This document shows positions 48,068 to 61,326 of a stretch of DNA of 64,000 nucleotides, piece by piece. Numbering within the stretch: the first letter of the stretch is position 1; every line of letters begins with the position of its first letter. The notes below the pieces were generated by a model. The model did no database searches and was not told the origin of the DNA. It saw only the letters and a list, made by a program, of their open reading frames with translations. A program made the translations under genes and the position numbers. Source of the DNA: Sphaerodactylus townsendi (Eukaryota); contig NC_059433.1 in assembly GCF_021028975.2 (NCBI RefSeq), positions 50,282,001 to 50,346,000 on the forward strand, read 5' to 3'.

Positions 48068-51000
48068 CCCTCTCCCCTGGCTTGGGCTGCAGTTTTCTGG
48101 CCAAACTAGCATGGCAAGGAGAGGGAGAGAAGAACATTCCATCAGCAACAGTTGTGGGTAAGTGCAACCCTGTTTTCATCATTGTGTTCTGTGTACAATT
48201 CCACACTGGATAGCAAACTGTCTTACCCAGGAGGATGTTGTAGAGCTACTGGTTGAATAAGCTATGGAGACCACTCCCATCTGCTGCTTCAACTCTTGAA
48301 TAAAACTGGAGGCCAATGACCATTTGACAGCTCAGCGTGATCCCTTTGAGAAGACCAGTGGAAGATGGCTGGACTCTGGTGAAATGTGCAGAAACCTACA
48401 ATGAGCAGGAATACCTACAATGCATACAGATGTACAATAGTGGAAACCATCCATTTGAAGAGAAGCTGGGTAGATACAACACATCCCTTTATGTTGTCCA
48501 GATAAAACAAAAAGCAGTAGAACATGAGAGATAAGAGGGAAGATGGAAAGCAAATACAAATGTACCTTTAATAACGATATAGGAGGCTGATATTGCTGTT
48601 AAATGAGCCTTGATGGAAGTGAGAACCAAGACCCCACAGCTTCAGCAAATAATAAAAAATGTGTAGTAGAGGCCAGAATTCTGGGGTTAACCAACATGTC
48701 AAAGCTCAGTTGGCAAACCTGCCACTTAGTAGTATATGATCTGTAGGTAGAAAGTTTGCATAAATTATGTCAAACCTGGACAACCTAAGATGAAGAAAAT
48801 GTTGTTAAGTTATATACCATGCCATGGTTATGTCCTGGGACAAATGTCTCAGGACAGATGAAAGAAAGCATGGAGAATCATATGTGCCACAAATATGGAC
48901 ATTTCATATATGAAAAGTTGGCAAACAGGTCTCAGCATGAGCACTCCCCCCCCCCGCACCGCAGTTAGCTATAGATAATACAGTAACAGTGTCCTACATC
49001 AACAAACATGAGGGTACAGGTTCCCTTTCACCATGTGGCAAACCATTAATGGTTAGGAGACCATCAAGAAAAGGATGGCTCTTACAAACTTTTGTCCAGC
49101 ATTCAGTTGACGCTTTCCTTCCACCGCCACTGTTTCCCACGTCCACGTGGATGTGGAAAAGAACTATGGACCTGGGAAAGGGGGGAGTGGGGCTTGAGCT
49201 CCAGCTGAAAAGCTGGATCCTGTTCAGCTTTTTCAGCCTCAGGACTATTCAGCTCTACCAAATTCCCCGGGGGGGGGGGGGGGGGGTTCTTCAGTAAATG
49301 GGTAATATGAAAAAAAAAGCCATATCAGCTTTTTCCGAGTTAGCCTTTTACCGCCCCTACTGGTTAATACTTTTATGGGAGATCACCAAGAGAGTCCTCA
49401 GTTGCTATGCAGAGGCAACCAATGGTAAACTATCTCTGTTCATCTCTTGCCTTAAGTGACTATGGAGTCACCATAAGTCTGCTGTCACTTGACGGTACTT
49501 ACTACCATAAAGCAGAAACAAGACATTTATTATGAGCAAAAATGATATTGTAGCTGAAAAGGGACTTGCATGAGTATTCTGCAAAAATTAAAATGTACTT
49601 GAGATATGCTTCAGTGGATCCTTCAGAAACAGACTGGAACCAGGACTGCTAAAGCTGTGCATCAGTATGCTATAAGGATACTAACAATACCGTTCTATAC
49701 ATAATTACCTCAGACTGTTGAAATCAGTGGGCTTAGACTAGAGTAACTCTGCATAAGATTGTACTGCACATTACCTGGATCATAAACATATAAACTGTTT
49801 TGTTCAACAAACCTGTTCAACAGTCCACCCATGCTATCTCACCAAGCTCTACCCAGCCAGAAGTATAGTAATAGGATTGGTATTCTGAAGACTGTTTGGC
49901 CTTTTCATTCAAAAAGAAAAGTCATTTTATATAATCGTTTTGGAACAATGAATAGGACAAAAATCAGGCTGACAGCCAGAAAGCATAATCTATCCCAGTG
50001 GGAAAGCATGAGATTTATATTAGAGCAGGGGAACTGCACATAGTAGAAATTTATAATTACACTGGGGGACTAACTGCCAATCTAATTTAATTTATGATCT
50101 GTTAAGCTTCTTTGGTTAGCACCAAGCAACAGAATTACTAATTGAAGTCAGCTTTATTTAGGTCTATACCTTGTCCAGTTCACATGAAGGAGGTGCCACT
50201 GCACACATTTTACAACACTGAGGACTGCTTCACATATTTCCCCCAGCTCTTACATAACAGGCTGTTGTGCAGGGGAGTAATGATTGTATTTAATAGTGCA
50301 CACACATACAAATAAATGTGGACCGTTGTATGATCATGCTTAGGGATTTGATTAATCTGCTGCAGAAAAATGGGGGACAGGTGAAAGCTGGGAACTGATT
50401 TCATTTTTCATGCTCCCCTTTCCTGTCCTGAGTATTCATGCCTTGATCCTTTTGCCAGTAGTTCTATAGATTTGGTTCTGCTGGCTTCATTAAAAACAAC
50501 AACAAAGAACTCTCATCTCCTGTAATCCTTTTTTAATATTCACATTATGTTGCCTTTTGCAACTGAGCTTGCTTGATCACTTCTCAGCGGTTTAACATTT
50601 TCAAGCCAAATAAAGAATTTCAGGGAAAACAATAAAATACTTGGAAAACCTGGCAAAGAAAAACCAATAAGAATTGACTTTCAATCAAGTTGGAAGAGGG
50701 AAAGCCAGCAGTATAATAGCATGCAAGGTTTGAAAACCTGCTGGCTGAATGAAGCATTTTATTTTATTTTATTTTATTTTTGCCATTTGGAAACATAGGC
50801 ATAGAATAAAATATAAGGCAGTGCACGTTCAAAAACTAAATGAGTAGCATTCTGGAGACAGTGGGGAAGATCCAGCCTTCCTCCAAGTAGTCTTCCTCCA
50901 GCATGACTTTCCCCCCATTGAAGACCACTGAAGTTGGAGAAAAGCTTCAGATCTGAGCCAAAAAGAAAAATGGAGTATAAATAATAATTAAGTAAATAAA

Positions 51001-52479
51001 CAAACTTTGCTCATTGAAGCTGTGGAGGCAGGATCCACCTCAATAGACTGGTACATAAAGAGTATAGACAGGCTTTGTCAAAACACCATCTCCTGTACAA
51101 GGAGTTCACAGGCCCATTCCTGTGCTATAACTAAGCCAGCTGGTTCTTTTGAACCTTCAAGTTGATAAATTGATTCCTTTCATTGGGGTTAGATTGTGGA
51201 CATAAATTCATCACGTTACACTTTTCCCAGCAGCCCGGTGCCAGCCTCCTTCCTGAGTCCACCTCAGGTCTCACCACACATGCTATTACAACATCAGACT
51301 GCTCATTATCAGTGGAAGACAGTGTAAGTAATACTTACTGTACTAGAAACTTTAAAGATATTTAGGAAGGGCAGAACATTGCTGCATTTTACTGATTTTA
51401 CTGACCGATTATCTACGTCTGGCTCTGCACCGCCCTTGCCCCACTCTGGCGCAAAAGTCATGTCAGAGGTGCTCTTGTTTTCCATGCAGAGAGCAAGAAG
51501 CACAAGCAGGGCAAAAGGAAGCACACTGGGGCAAGAAATCTTACCCCAACACACTTCCTCCCTTGGTGTGTCACAGGGAAGAAGCATGTTGGGACAAGAT
51601 TTTTTGCCCCAATGTACTTCCTCTCCCAGCACATGCCATGGAGGAAGAGCATCAGGACAAGATTTCTTGCCCAGACGCACTCCAGCTGCCAGCGCACAGC
51701 AGCTGCCCCATGGGTAATCAGCCACTGAGTGTTCACTGCACATATGAGAACTGAGCATTCACAGGCTAGGCACAGACATTCTAAAAGTTTTTGGCAGCAC
51801 AAAATGTTCCCCACCTTTCAGTGCAATTTTCCACCCCAGCGGCCCATGAAAGGGCACCTCCCTCTCTCAGTTTATTGAGGTCACCAGTGGAGAAAGATAC
51901 AACCATAGGAAGACCAAAGAGAACTCACAATGGAGACTGAGGGAAGGATATCTGCTACACAGAAAAACACTTGATGAATTTTATCTACAGGTTAACTGAA
52001 ACCACGTTTCCATCATCATATCTTCTGTATGGTCGCACATAGGAGAGTAGCAAGCTAACTTACCTAGGAGACAGGAGTGATGTGCTTAATAATGAAGATT
52101 GTGCAGGACTGTTTTGCTTCCTTCAGAGTTGCCCTTTAAATCCACATTGATAGCATAATGGTTAATGAAGGTTGATGGAACTGACAAAGTGGCTGTTTTG
52201 CAAATACTGAGAAGAACTCTATCTGAAGGAGGCTTGAGATCTGGTAAAGTGTGCTGTGACCTGGAGGGAACATGAATTGCCTACTTCCTTGCAGTATTCA
52301 CTAATGAAGAATACAATCCAGTAGGAGATTGTCTGAGTGCAAGTCTTACAACCTTTTGGGGATCCCTGAAAAGCTACAAAAAGATATTTGTCTTTTCTTA
52401 GCTGACATGTCCAATGTAAATAAAAATAACATACTTACCTTCCAAAGACGGCAATGTCTTTTCCTTATCATCCTTTGGC

Positions 52480-53620
52480 TGGAGAAAAAAAAATACAGGA
52501 AGAGCTGGATCTTGATTGAGGAGGAAGGAAGAGACTAGGATGAAAGGAAGCCTGGGATGAAGTACAACCTTCTTGTAGAGCTTGAGGAAAGGAGATTCAG
52601 CCTGAGTATTTGAATCTTGCTCTCACTCCTGGCTAAAGTGACAGCAACCAAAAAGGCAGTTTGGGCTGATAGGAGTTGCAGGAAACAGGTGGCCATAGCT
52701 CCAAAGGATTTTGACTTGAAAGTGCTAAAGTGCACTGTAGAGTCCCCACAACGGATGGAGGAGTGGTAAAGCCAACCCCTTGAGCAACTGTTCATGTTCA
52801 GGTTGTGAGGAAACAATTTTTCCTGTTGTAGGAACATGAAAGACAAATATAGCAATGAGGTGGACTTTGACCAAAGAATTAGCTAGGCCCTTATCTTTCA
52901 GACTGACTAGGTAATCAAAAGAAGGACTTTTGGGACCCTGCTCCATACTTGGTCTCAAGAAGAACACACAGTGCTGTTTGTACCTTCTGCAAAGGACTGT
53001 GAAGAGGATTCTGCTATAAGAGAATGGTTAGTGAACCAGTGCTAATGCTTTCTGTTGTATTTTAATAAATTAAAATTATATTTTGAGTTTATTAGAATTA
53101 CCTTCAATATTGAACCTGGCCCTTGGGGACTCATGGGATGACATATGTCACACTCTTGGCCATGGAGGAACCAGGGATTTCTGTTCTAAAGATGAGGATG
53201 CCCCAAGTCCTGTTGGTGTGGGCCTTGACTACCGCCCTGTTGAGGAGACCAAATGATGGGAAGAGGTACATAAATTTCCTACTCTGCAAAACTGGAACAC
53301 ACCTCCCAGAGACATTGTGCCTGTGACCACTCTCAAGCATTATCTCTTGCACTTGATGTTGTCCTGCAAAGCAAACATAACAATTTGCAACTTTCCCCAT
53401 AGAAGGAAAATCTAATTTTGGCACAGAACAACAAAACCAGAACGTGTTGTGGGAGTATGAAAAGGAACCATGAGTTTTTGGCATAATCAAGATGTCAAGC
53501 AACACCATCAACAAATCCTCAGCTGGGATGCTAAAGATTCCAGACCAAAAATCACCTGATATGATGGGGAGGGCATAAAGCAAGTAATCTATCCCAGTCT
53601 TTACTCAATTCTAGGCCTCT
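52480..53620 (-). mobile_element. Degraded DIRS-type tyrosine-recombinase retroelement
   Basis: Minus-strand LLSAQTAFLVAVTLARSESKIQIL resembles the DIRS YR motif KTAFLVAITSARRVSELQAL; NRAVVKAHTNR resembles the RNase H motif DNTTAVAYINR. Confidence 0.7.
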
Positions 53621-54625
53621 GCAAGAGAGGACTTTTTCCAGAAGACCATAGTAACTCTACCATCTCAGCCTAAGAATATGGCTGAACAATGTGGAGATAA
53701 TTCCATGTAGCTCATCAAACAATTTCTTGGGATCAGCCTGCTCAGTTAGTACCAAAACTGGGTGATAAATGTTTTGGCACGGTCTGGCCTGCTGCTGTCA
53801 CTTTAGTTGTTATCCTTGTGATAGATGAAAATGTTGCTTTTACATATGCCAAAGAGGTGTTACTTTTATAAAGTATACACGGGACAATGACAATGATTGC
53901 CTTATAAGTTATAAAAGAAGGTAGCTTTAGGTGTTTTCATAAGGTGTAAGATTATATTGAGTTATCTACACACATAAACATATTTAGTGCACAAATATTG
54001 GATTTAGAAGTCACAAAGAATATACCCTTCACAGAATCACAAGATTTAGTAGGTGAACTCTGAATATAAAGTCCATGTGTAGTATCTACACTTGAATAAA
54101 GCCTGTTAAGTTGGATGGAATTCAAAGAGAGATGGGAGTATGATGCTTAGTATATTCCATTTTGACATTGTAATTTCTTATCATATCCCAATTAAAAGCA
54201 CACCTGCTTTAAAATAATGAGCTAGCAGAAGAAGAAAGGTCAAGGGTTAGAGTGGAATAATAGGTGATGTGGTGATGTAGTAGTTTATAATCATGTTTGT
54301 ATATTTGAATGCTTTTATACTGTAGCTAAATAATAAGAAACTTTAAAAGAATATGTTAATCACTCATGTTTCCAATATATGTGTATCCCTAATGCTTCAT
54401 GTGTAAAAAGAATCCTGCTATAAATGTTATTCTCTCAGTTTAAAGTTAATAAAACAGCTAAAACAGCATGCTTCACTTGATCCTAATCAGAAGGTGCGAT
54501 TAAGCAGAAACTTCCCATTCAAGAGAGCTTCTTAAGGACCTCTAGCTAAAAGTCTTTTTTCTAAAGATGCTTCACAGGAAGCCTGGTTTCAATAGTCATA
54601 AACAGTAATGGAACATGTGAGTTCT

Positions 54626-55243
54626 TGTTGCCAAACAAGGACACTGCCTGCTGATAAGAGGGCCCCTAGCAAGCTTGGGATGAGTGTCTTCAAAGCAGGA
54701 GTGGGTCAGGAAGACCCTAGGTTCAACTTGTGCCAAAAAAAGAGGTGCACCAGCTTATAGGAGGCTAAGATCCTGTACCAAGGTAAGAAGGCCTTTGGAT
54801 GAAGAGGGTAAAAAAAATATGATGAATTGTCTTCACAGTAAAGATAAAGGGAACCAAAGGACGCATTGGCTTAGGTGCATGTATATATATCATGAAGAAC
54901 ACTAACAAAGGAGTTGACAACTAAGAACCAAATATTAATTACCAGGAAATGACCATATAGAGATGTATTAATTGGAGGAGATACCACCTGAGTATATGAC
55001 ATAGGTATGCCTAGATGAATTGTAATAGGCTATGGCCCTCATCTCCTAGCCAATGGAGAAGTGAGGGAGGGATTGGGTGGTCCTGAAAAAGTATTATAAA
55101 CTGTTGTAGAACAAAGGAAGGGTGTGCCTACTACTGGGTGGACACCCGATCTTGCAAGACCGTAAACCAATAAAAGCTTTGTTACCTGCTTCACCAACTT
55201 TGTCCAGATTATTTTGAGGGTCCTTGGACCCACGTTTCTAACA
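54626..55243 (+). mobile_element. Solo LTR (ERV-like, 618 bp)
   Basis: TGTTG...TAACA termini; TATAAA at 55095; AATAAA at 55169; flanks TTCT/TCCT form a 4-bp TSD with one mismatch. Confidence 0.75.
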
Positions 55244-56164
55244 TCCTTTACACGTGTTACAACATACACTTTTTATAAATAGGTTAGTTTTCAAGATGCA
55301 CACCTCTGTGAATGTATATATTCCCAAAATCAGATAATTAGAGAGCATTAAAATTTTATTCCATGAGTATTTGGTTATGTATCTATTACATTTATACTCC
55401 ACCCTTCCTCCAAGGAGCTTAGAGGAGCATATATATTTATCTCTTCTTCCATTTTATCCTCACAACAAATAGAACTTTGATCTCTCTAGTCTGACTCTCT
55501 AGCTATTGCACTATGCTGGATCTAAAACCCAACCTACCTTGCTGTAGATCTAAATATTTTATATGCATAATATTAACTTTTGACATAAGACAGCAGTAGA
55601 TAGTATTTGCATGTGTTTGACAATCTGAGAGGAAAGTACATAGCAATTGCAGAACAGCTTTGATGTAAGCAAGAGACTTAGTAGGAAAAAGTTCATTTCA
55701 AGAACAATGTTGACTTCCAAAGAGTCCTGTTAATTTGAAATCTGCATTCTAACTAGCAGCAGGTGGACTTCAAATACTTTGGAATCCAGATAATCCTCTA
55801 GGTGTTCAAATATTTGTGGTTTAATCCATGTTTCCATAACCCCCCTCCCCCAAGTACCCCTTACCCTCACACTAATCCCTATCCACCATCTGAGCTCATT
55901 TCATCCCAGACCCAAGTACACCAATTGAAACTAGCTTTCAAATATTGCCTTAGATTGGAGATAGGGAATGGCATTGGACTGTGAACTGAGGCCCTTCAGA
56001 TAAATAAATAACAATCCTAAAATCAAAGTTAGTCACTTTGGGAACCCTGGTGTGTGTGAATAAAGTGGTGGCATTAGAGCCAGATGTTCGGGCGAAGCCC
56101 AGGAGTGAGGCCCATAAGTTCAGCAGAAGTGGGGCAAAAGCAAGTGGTAGCTTCACATTTTACT

Positions 56165-56400
56165 CTTTTTATTATTGTAGATTTCACAGCTGCCAGATCT
56201 TTAGCTGGTTGTTGGCCTTTTATTACAATTCGAGCCTCTCCCAGAGGCCTAGGAAGTGTAAATATCAGTGTAGTATTTGTGCAGATCCCAGCAGGGCTGC
56301 CTTCTGAATTTGACAGATGTTAATTTTGTCAATTCGAAGATTTTTCAAGCGCTGCCCTAGTGTTTTCGGAATGGCGCCCAGAGTGCCATTTACCATCATG
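56165..56400 (-). mobile_element. R4/Dong-like RLE LINE 3' end
   Basis: Minus-strand GTLGAIPKTL...QIQKAALLGSAQIL* followed by a short UTR and an AATAATAAA tail. Confidence 0.75.
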
Positions 56401-56503
56401 TGTTCCATGAGCTCAAAGGGTTTTAGGATCTGCTTTTCTTGAACTCTATGATGCATTCAGACCTAAGGGAAGATTCTAAAACAGTTTCAGACATGTGGAA
56501 GTG

Positions 56504-56723
56504 CTGAATGACAAGAAAAATGTACAAACTTACATTTATGGCTTTAGTTACAACATGGACCTCTGCAAAAGAACAGATGATCATTTCAAGTAAAGGCACT
56601 GGAAAGAAGGGCAACTGAATGACAAGAAAAATGTACAAACTTACATTTATGGCTTTAGTTACAACATGGACCTCTGCAAAAGAACAGATGATCATTTCAA
56701 GTAAAGGCACTGGAAAGAAGGGC
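56504..56723. repeat. Perfect tandem duplication with a 111-bp period
   Basis: Unit starting CTGAATGACAAG at 56504 and at 56615. Confidence 0.95.
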
Positions 56724-59700
56724 TAACTGTAAAAAGCGGACAATTGGAGCAATTTGAGATGGAAGGAGGAGTGGGCTTATAGAAAGAAATAAGAAATGTC
56801 ACGGGGCTAGTGCAAGTATTGTGCATCAGCCTAATAAGCAGATCTTTGGGTCCCAACTAGAGATGTTTGATGAACCTTCTGTTTAGATGGCAAATTGATC
56901 ACAGCATCTAGAACATGGGGAAACGATCAGCTTTTTCCAGCATTCAAAACTGGATTGCAAATGCTTTGTTCATAAATATTCTCATGTTGATTTGCCATGG
57001 CTGTGTCCTTCCCACATCCATCCTGCCATGCACTCTATGGGACAAAGAATAATTTACAAAAGATGCTATTGTCTGGATTGGGTTCCAGGGGAACAGTTTA
57101 AGTTGGATAGAAATTGCTAGGCTCTGGTCTTGGCTACAGTATTTACTACTATCAGTGCTTCAGGTGAAGCCATAATTGTTCCAACATATGAAAGGGCTCC
57201 TTTGATGTACCCTCCAATTACCGTTGCATTAGTCTATTATTGATCTCCAGCAAATGATACAGAGCATATCTATAGACAAGGTTATGGCAATGGATGGAAG
57301 ATTTTCCAATTATTGGTCCAGAACAGATAGGGTTTAGAGAAGATTCATCTACTATTCACCATGCTTATACACTTTCCTTTTTAGCCGATATGTATCTTTA
57401 CTTTTAAAAAAAAGCTATATTCAGCATTTATCAATTTACAAAACTTTTTATTCAATCTGGCACCCTTGTCTACGGATTAAATTTAAATGATTAAATATGT
57501 CTGGAAGATCGCTGTTTCTCATTAAAATGCCATACTGTCTTTCTCCGTGAAAGTTAGATGTTCTGTTTCCAGTAACTATTCAGACCTGATCTTTGTGACA
57601 AAAGATGGTCTACAGAGCTGTGTCTTAGCACTCGAGCTTGTTAATGTACATCCACATGATTTACCTCATAGATTAGTGAATTTCATTCTCCTTCTTCCAT
57701 CCCATTTATGTTCTTCCTTATGCAGGTGATGCTGTAATTTTGTCTTGCACCAGAGTGGGACTAAAGCATGCACTCCATGATACAGCAGACTTTTGTAAAA
57801 ATAACCATCTTGTAATCAATGAGTCTTAATCTAAGATTTTGGTATTTCAGAAGTTTGGCACTAGTAAAAGTTCCAAATTCAATTCTAAATGATCACCTTA
57901 TCAAGCAGGAACATTCTTTTTGTCATTTGGGATACCATTTTCTGACATATAATAAATGGGCTGCACATTATAGTTATGTGCTTGAGACAATTACAATTCA
58001 ACTGTCTCCAATTTTAAGGTTTTCTCATCAAGTTCATGGCCAATATATTCCTATGGGTCCTGCAATAAGTTGCACTATGATCTTGTCTCTTCTGTTCTAT
58101 GGAACTCCTTTATGGGTATCCACAATTTCTGTTAAAGCAGAATCAGCTCATGCTTCCTTTCTTTGGGCCCCATCGCAGGCCCCAAAATTTATTTTAATTC
58201 CAACTTGCTTGTGGTTGCAGGATGTAATACTTTTTCATTGAAACCTTGGGCTGCTGCCGTTAAATTTAGATCTTTCTTGTTATATCATGGTTCATTAACT
58301 GATTTTACTAAAGTGGACACAGCAGAATTCCCATGCATCATCTTGAAGCATCTTAGTAGACAGGAAGTTAAGAAGCATTGGAGTGGCTTTACCATCCTCT
58401 TCTTTGGATATGCCCAGTATTAGGTAGAGCACTTTTGAATTGTTAAATAATTATGATCAGGATAGAATTAACCATGATGTTAAAAGCATTTGTTCTATAC
58501 TTTACTGGGGCTTTGCTAGTCCTTTATTTCCTGTCCAGTAACAATATTTGAACTTTCTTACAAGCCCAATATAACATCAGCTTTACCTTTTAACCCAGCT
58601 AAATGCACTACTTTGGGCAGAAGCAGTGGACCATTGTGCTAGAGTCTCTTGAGCCCAGAAATCTAAGAATAGACATTGAATCATTAACTGATTTTTTTCT
58701 TTGCCTACAGGTACAGAAAGTGCTGACACTTTTGTAAGCTTCCAGACCCCACCCCTGCTATGGCACAGGAAACAGAAACTGACATGAGTACAAGACATTG
58801 CTTAACATAAAATGGAGTCTTCCCAGAGACTTTGGACCTCCACCTTGTGCGCTGAAGTGTGGGAGTGGAGGGGAGAGAGAGAGGTTGGAAGCTGTACTTT
58901 TCCCATGGCCCAAGGTGTGCTTGACTGAACAATAGGGTAGCTAATCTCCATTGTCTCACGCTAAGATGATTTAATCAGTGCTCCTAGTTGATTCTATCAC
59001 AACAATTACTCAGTATCCACGTGAAAAACTTGCACCCATTCCAGAACTCATTTGCACCTATCAGAACCAGGCACATAAGTAAGGGGTAGATTCAAGGGGT
59101 TCAAACCCCTCCCATTATACATGGAACAGTTAATATAATGGCCAGAAGCAGAGGAAAATGGTGTCCCAAGACAAACCTTCTCCAGACGCCCCCCCCCCCC
59201 CTGCAGCCTGGCTTCTGCCCTCCCCAGAGCCTGGGGAGAGCAAAAGCCACTGCCAGCCTCTGGTGATGTGCTTTTATAGGCACGGAGGCGGGGTGGGGCC
59301 ACATCCCTGAGGCGGGGCTTTCCCCACCCCCAAACCCCACCCCTACCTTGTTGTTGGAACACTGGAAAAGCAAGTAGTTCTTTGGCTTTCCTGCCAGCTT
59401 ACCTTATACTTCCTCAGGGCTAATTTCTGACTACAAACATTATTCCTGTGTAGCCACTCATAGTGTGTATGTTGGATCTGTATGCACACCCCCATGTTTG
59501 TGGGGGGCTCTTTTTTTCTCAGCTTCTATTTTCATTAGACCGCCTCCTCTGCAAGACAGGTAAGCAGTGGCGGAGCTATAAGGGGAAGGGGGTGTGATGT
59601 GTACTGGGAGAGCGGCAGTGGGGGTGGAAAATCATCTCCGACCCCCCTCACCCTGCCCTGCCTCACCAGGCATTAAGATGGCCCCACCCCACCAGCCTGG

Positions 59701-60166
59701 CCCATTTTCTGCCAGCAGAAAGCTCTTTTCAGCCAGCAGAAAGCTGTTTCTGTTTCCATTTTGCCCTGGGTGCCATTTTCACCCACTACACCCCTGCAGG
59801 TAACTATCACCCCTACTAGTTCCATCAACTAAAACAGGAAACAGCCTACTTTGGATAACACTTCAATGGCCCAACTTTATTCAATTATTTATTTACATTG
59901 ATCCAAGGGGATCTGCAAGGCCCACATGCCAATCCCCATTTCAATCCCATTTGCAGTGCATGTGATTGATGGGATAAGAAGAGTTATGTCTCCTCGTGTT
60001 TGTGCATACCTGAATTTATGGTCAAGGACACCTTGGCTCCAAGCCTTGAGTCATCAATTAGAATGGGTAGGGCTCCTCCTTGCCAAGCCTTTGTGATGCT
60101 TGAGAAAGATGTGCCATTTCCTACTCCTCTTGCCACATGATTTATGGGATCAAGGATAATGACACC

Positions 60167-61326
60167 CCAAACCGTAATAGGGCCAAGAAAGGTGTTACTA
60201 GATATATGGGGAAAATGGAGAGGTAAATGGATGCCCGGCACTCTGGACGTGGCACCTTTGGCAAGTGTGGCCGGAAAAGATGGGGAAAAAGTGATAAAAA
60301 TATTGAAAAGACAAGGAATTCAAACTGTTGCAAATCTGATAAGAGAAGGAGGAGAAATTATGACATTACAAAATTTTATAGAGTTAGGAGGTAATGAGAA
60401 CTGGTTGGTCTTGAGGGGCATTTGGGAAAGGATAAAGGTTTCACGAATAAGAGGAGAATGTATAATGGCTAAATGTTTTGAACTATATGAAAAATGTAAA
60501 GGGAAAATTTTGGGACATATATATAAGTATATGGTTGATGACAAAGACTTTATGATAAGAACATTGAATCAAAAATGGGAGAAGGAAGGTTTTCTAGACA
60601 CTGAAAAAACTGAAAATTTAATAGACAGTTGGAAAAATATAAAGATTGAGAAATATATGGAGTTGGAAAGAAAAGTGATATTGAAATGGTATAGAACACC
60701 AAAACAACTAGCATATATGATTAAAGGACTCCGTCCTAAATGCTGGCATTGCGGAGATCAGGAGGCATATTATAGCCATATGTGGACGGAATGTATAGAA
60801 GTGAAAAAAAATTGGACAACCATAATGTTATATATCGAGAAACTGGTGAAGATTAATATTGGGATAAATAATGATTTAATGTTCATGGGTGTATGGAGGA
60901 TAGAAGGGTAGATAAAAATATAGCTATATGTATAAAATAATGATCAAAGCAGCACATGCAACAATAGCTTTAGGCTGGAAAGAAAAGAAAAAATGGACAA
61001 TCCTGAAATGGTTGGAATATATCTGGGAACAAGTAACACTGGACATTTTCAATCTAATAACAAAAAATAAACTGTGGCAAGATAAACAGGGCGAAATTTT
61101 GAAGATATGGTCAATATATGCGGACTGGATGAAAGAAACTGGAGTCAATGAGGAGATACAGGAGAAGAGATTACAAAGAATGAACTTACTGCTGTATGTT
61201 TGATAAAACTATGAAGAAAATATAGGGGGAGGGGGAAAGGGGGAAAATGTATTGTTTGAAAACGAATGAAGAAGAGTATTAATAAAAAATGGAATATTCA
61301 AATGATACAATAATTTTTTTTAAAAA
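60167..61326 (+). mobile_element. 5'-truncated L1-clade LINE (ORF2 C-terminus with CCHC zinc finger)
   Basis: KWYRTP...CWHCGDQEAYYSHMWTEC; G-rich 3' UTR, AATAAA, A tail; 15-bp TSD AAGGATAATGACACC (60152-60166, 61327-61341). Confidence 0.92.

Noticed and set aside
57500-58670. Faint RTE-X/L2-like coding remnants (LLFYGTPLW)
   Set aside because: Too degraded to assign a family or boundaries by eye
60144-61203. 255-aa and 91-aa ORFs as a possible host gene
   Set aside because: Frameshifted C-terminus of L1 ORF2 bounded by a 15-bp TSD
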